In this document: in pieces, positions 60,208-64,000 of the stretch
Layout of the letters: every line of letters starts with the position of its first letter
Position numbering within the stretch: position 1 is the first letter of the stretch
NCBI RefSeq assembly: GCF_009914755.1
Contig: NC_060937.1
Strand: one strand, 5' to 3'
Length of the DNA stretch: 64,000 nt
Source: the human T2T-CHM13v2.0 reference genome, Homo sapiens
Notes under the pieces: model-generated
Database searches by the model: none
Told to the model about the DNA's origin: nothing
What the model saw: the letters and a program-made list of their open reading frames with translations, nothing else
Made by a program: the position numbers and the translations under genes

Positions 60208-61482
60208 AATACCATATAAAATTGTAAAAATTTCCTCCTATTTATTGGACTTTGATTCTTCATGGCACAATTCTTTTTGAATAAGACAGCAGAGTATTTA
60301 TAAATAGAAGCTCTGTATGTTCTATGTCTTGTCTTCTACGATTAGAAATAATCACCTTGGAGGTGATATTTAAGCTCTTTAGTCTTTAATTTTTCACCTG
60401 TAAAACTGAGAATAAATTAGGTCATTCATGAAAATCAGTTGGCACAATGCATGCCATAAAGTAATTGCTCAATAAATATTAATTGCTGCCAGTGTAACAC
60501 CCAGATTTCTATTTGAGGCAAGTCATTATTTTCCATTCTCTCCCTGGATATATAACAGATTTGAATATCTTTCATATGCTTATAATTTGCAAGTCTGTAA
60601 TTCAAACCATACCTTCCTATTACTCCCTACTAGATGTGTAGTGCAGACATCAGCATCTACACATTACAATATTTGTATTTCTAGAAGGAAGAATTGTAAT
60701 CCAATAGAGAGGAGGAGTTAAGCCATTCACTAACTCAAATTTTACTGGTATAATATGTTATGTAATTCATTCTCCATCCATTTATTCTTTCATCCATTTA
60801 ACAATTACTGATTTAGAAAATGCATTTGTCTGCTGCTGATTTAATAAATGACGGATATAATACTAAGCACCACAGATATAATTCCTGCCTTTATGGCACT
60901 TAAACTGTTTATGAACAACAGCATACAATCAGAACATTCGTTAAGTGTAACATGTAACAGACTGTTTAGAAGGACTTCAGTTCTTCCAATATTGAAGCTA
61001 ATGTATAGAAATAGGATTTATAATTTCAAATCAACACATTTTAGTTCACACAACTGCTAATGACCAGTAGTCATGTGGAATGATTCCAGAACAAAATACC
61101 TTAAATATTCTAAGAGAAGTAATGAAAGGAGATAAATATGATTTCTTCTACTGTATCAAGTGGAAGGTTCTCCTAGGGAACCACTCATGCTTATGGGCGG
61201 TGCTTGCAAGGCAAGTGAGTGATATAACATTCACCAGATGCACGTTTATTCAACTACAAAACCTACTCTTCTGCTGTAATCACCACTATAGAGTTTGGTG
61301 AGAGTGTTCTTGAGAGAGTTTTCTCTCAGTCTAAGGTGATGGGATAATAAGCTTGTGACTTCCTTTTCCACACGACTGTTTAAAAAGAGTAGATGCTTGA
61401 ATGTGTCCCATTAAGTTTGCAGCTACACTTTATCACAGATTTTGTAGCCAACACTGGTTATGAAGACATCTACAAGTAAGAG

Positions 61483-61885
61483 TGATATAGTTTGGATGTT
61501 TGTCCCCTTTAAATCTCATGATGGAAATATAATTCCCACTGTTGGAGGTGGGACCCTGCGGAAGATGTTTGTGTCTTAAGGCAGATCCCTCACAAATGGC
61601 TTAGTGCTGTCCTTGCCATAGTGAATGAGTTCTCAGGAGAGCTGGTTGTTTAAAAGTGTGTGAAACCTCCCCTGTACTCTTGCTGCCACTCTGATCAGGT
61701 GATGTGCCTGCTTTCATTCACCTTCTGCCATGATTGTAAGCTTCCTTAGGCTTCACCAGAAGCAGATGCCAGTACCATGCTTCTCGTACATCCTGCAAAA
61801 TCATAATCAAATTAAACTTCTTTTCTCTTTTATAAATTACTCAGTCTCAGGTATTCCATTGTAGTAACACAAATAGACTAACACA
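61483..61885 (+). mobile_element. MST-type MaLR solo LTR
   Basis: TGATATAGTTTGGATGTTTGTCCCC start; CCAGAAGCAGATGCCAG; GACTAACACA end. Confidence 0.9.
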
Positions 61886-62084
61886 AAGGAGGTTTTTGGG
61901 GTCACTATTACCGAAAGGGTTTGACGGGCCCCTGAGGTGATGTATCTTAAAAACACTGTTACATCATTCCACACCACAAATCATGGTCCTTAAGAGAGCG
62001 CCTTTCAAAACTCTTTATGTTCCCATAGCTCTAGTGATTGAGCAAGTAAATTAGCAGGATTTGAGCCATGAGGAATACCCAGGC

Positions 62085-62450
62085 AAAGTGAAAGGAAGCA
62101 AATGGATTATTGCAAAAATTGAGATAAGAGATGATTAGGGCATGGTTAGAGTAGCAGCAATTGGCGTGAAAAAAATTAGTGGACTTGAGATGTATTTTGG
62201 AGCTGTAACCAGAATTTGCTGGTGGGCTGGATGAATACAGGAAGAATACAACAAGCATGACTACGGAGTTTTTGGCTCAAACAGCTGATAAGACAGTGGT
62301 GTTAATTTTAGAACAAGGAGCATTGGCCGATTAATAAACCTGGGTAGAGGAGTCATTTGTTCCATTAAGTTCTTGTTAAATTTTAAGAAGTAGATAAATA
62401 AATCTAAAACAGGCAGTTAATAGAGTTTTGGGGTCTAGAGGGCAAGTAGA
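62085..62450 (-). mobile_element. L2 relic
   Basis: GAGATGTATTTTGGAG...CAGAATTTGCTGGTGGGCTGGATG...GTTTTTGGCTCAAACAGCTG typical of antisense L2. Confidence 0.6.
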
Positions 62451-64000
62451 ATATTTGAACTTCAAGAGGAAACAGGATAATTCTTCCATTTAACAGGAGA
62501 AAAGACTAAGATCATAGTTCAGGCACAGGATAGCTTTGAGATTTGGGGGTAAGAATTTGAGCTCCTCCTTGAATACTTTTATTTTCTCAATCTTGACATG
62601 AGACCCGTGGCTGAGTAAGAAGACGTACAGGAGTTAAATATTAAGGAAAAAGGTTAAAAGTGTAAATTATTCTCAAGAGTGAAAAGTGGTTATACGGGGG
62701 GACATGTTAGATTTCCAAGCAATATCAAGTTTCTGTGAAGTCTATGGTCATGAATTTTAAGTGAAACCACTGTGGAACAAAATCAAACTTTGCCTTGGGT
62801 TTGGTTCTGCTCTGTCAGAGACAATTTTATTATGATTTTTTAATGCAGCCATGTGAAAGTGTAAGGCAAAATAGCCCCTGATGAGAACCTATACTACAAT
62901 GATGAGCTAATATACAGATTAAGTGAGCAAATTTCCATACTAAATATTTCATACGTAAGTGAAAAAAATACAATTTCTGATGGCAAACAATGATTACTAA
63001 TTTTATGGTCACAAAAATACCTCATAGTTAAAAGTTATATTCCGAGCATACTAAACATGAGTTTTATACTTAAATTTCTGCTTTGGAAACCTGAATTATA
63101 AACTTTAATTTATTTGATTTAATTATGGAAATATAAGTTACAACTCTATTAGATGAAGAGCCTTGAGAGAAATATAATGTTGTTGGCATAATTATTGTGG
63201 TACAGTTATGCAATTGTTCTTCTCAGCAAGTTAAGGAAGAGCAAGTTGGAAAATGTTTATATTTAAGTGATATTATAAAATGATTTTCAGGGCAGCCTAA
63301 ACTGTTTTTTAAGCTGAATGCATGCTCTGTTTCTTGGATTGTGTTAATGTCAACTTGGTTAAGATGGAAACTGGATTTCCCAGACCCTCTATCCCTCCAG
63401 CATTCCAAATTAGAAATATTCTAAAAAGGATCTTGTATGAGATTTGGAGGATAAAAGTGAAGCTGTAGTAATTATTCTCTGAAAGCCATAATGTTCACAT
63501 ATGGTGGCAGATATAGACAAGAGCCCCAGCTACTATCTGTTTTGCATCCAGTTTGTCTTCCCAGCTGCTGGCCCTGTTGACCAATAGAAGCCTTGAATGA
63601 TTTTAAGTGCTTGGCTGAGAAGCTACACAGGTGTTAAATACATAGACGCACTTAGGATAGCTTGTTAGCTTCTTCAACCAATTTAGTGATGATACATCTA
63701 ACTTTTCACTAACCTTTTTTCCAACTCACTATCATCACTCCTTCTAATCTTAACAGATTGACTATTGCTTCTCATAACCATAGCGAGCCAATATCACCTC
63801 TCCAAAGAGTCATTCCCATTAAAAAAAAAACTTTACATCTCAATACTAATTTCCCTACAAATATTATAAATTATAACATTTCCTGCCACAGAATTATCAT
63901 ATTTTATATCCTCTTTGAAGCCACACTAGTCCCCACCCTAGTTATTATTACCTGCCGAGGCAATCAAACAGAATGCCTTAACACAGGACTACACTTTTTA

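Overview
AT-rich, CpG-poor primate DNA, most likely human or great ape (AluY and L1PA2-type elements are present), and apparently intergenic or intronic. I can support no host protein-coding exon, RNA gene or CpG island. The ORFs with recognisable products are all transposon-derived: L1 ORF2 pieces, Alu read-throughs and one class I ERV gag capsid fragment. The window holds about 11 Alu segments, about 10 L1 fragments, MaLR/ERVL/ERV1 LTRs, MER5, MIR/L2 relics and microsatellites. I see no new gene system. The strongest signals are structural: (1) a perfect spacer-less 160-bp AT palindrome built from 43-bp self-complementary units inside a ~700-bp inverted-repeat-bounded AT array; (2) a 46-bp L1 insertion that appears twin-primed; (3) an Alu that appears to have captured 55 bp of foreign flank plus a second Alu; (4) an ERV remnant with no 5' LTR, bounded by an 8-bp duplication that splits a GAS/ETS/CRE motif; (5) a cluster of template-switch duplications at 13.8-15.6 kb. 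Repeat subfamily calls were made by eye from remembered consensus sequences and need RepeatMasker/Dfam confirmation.
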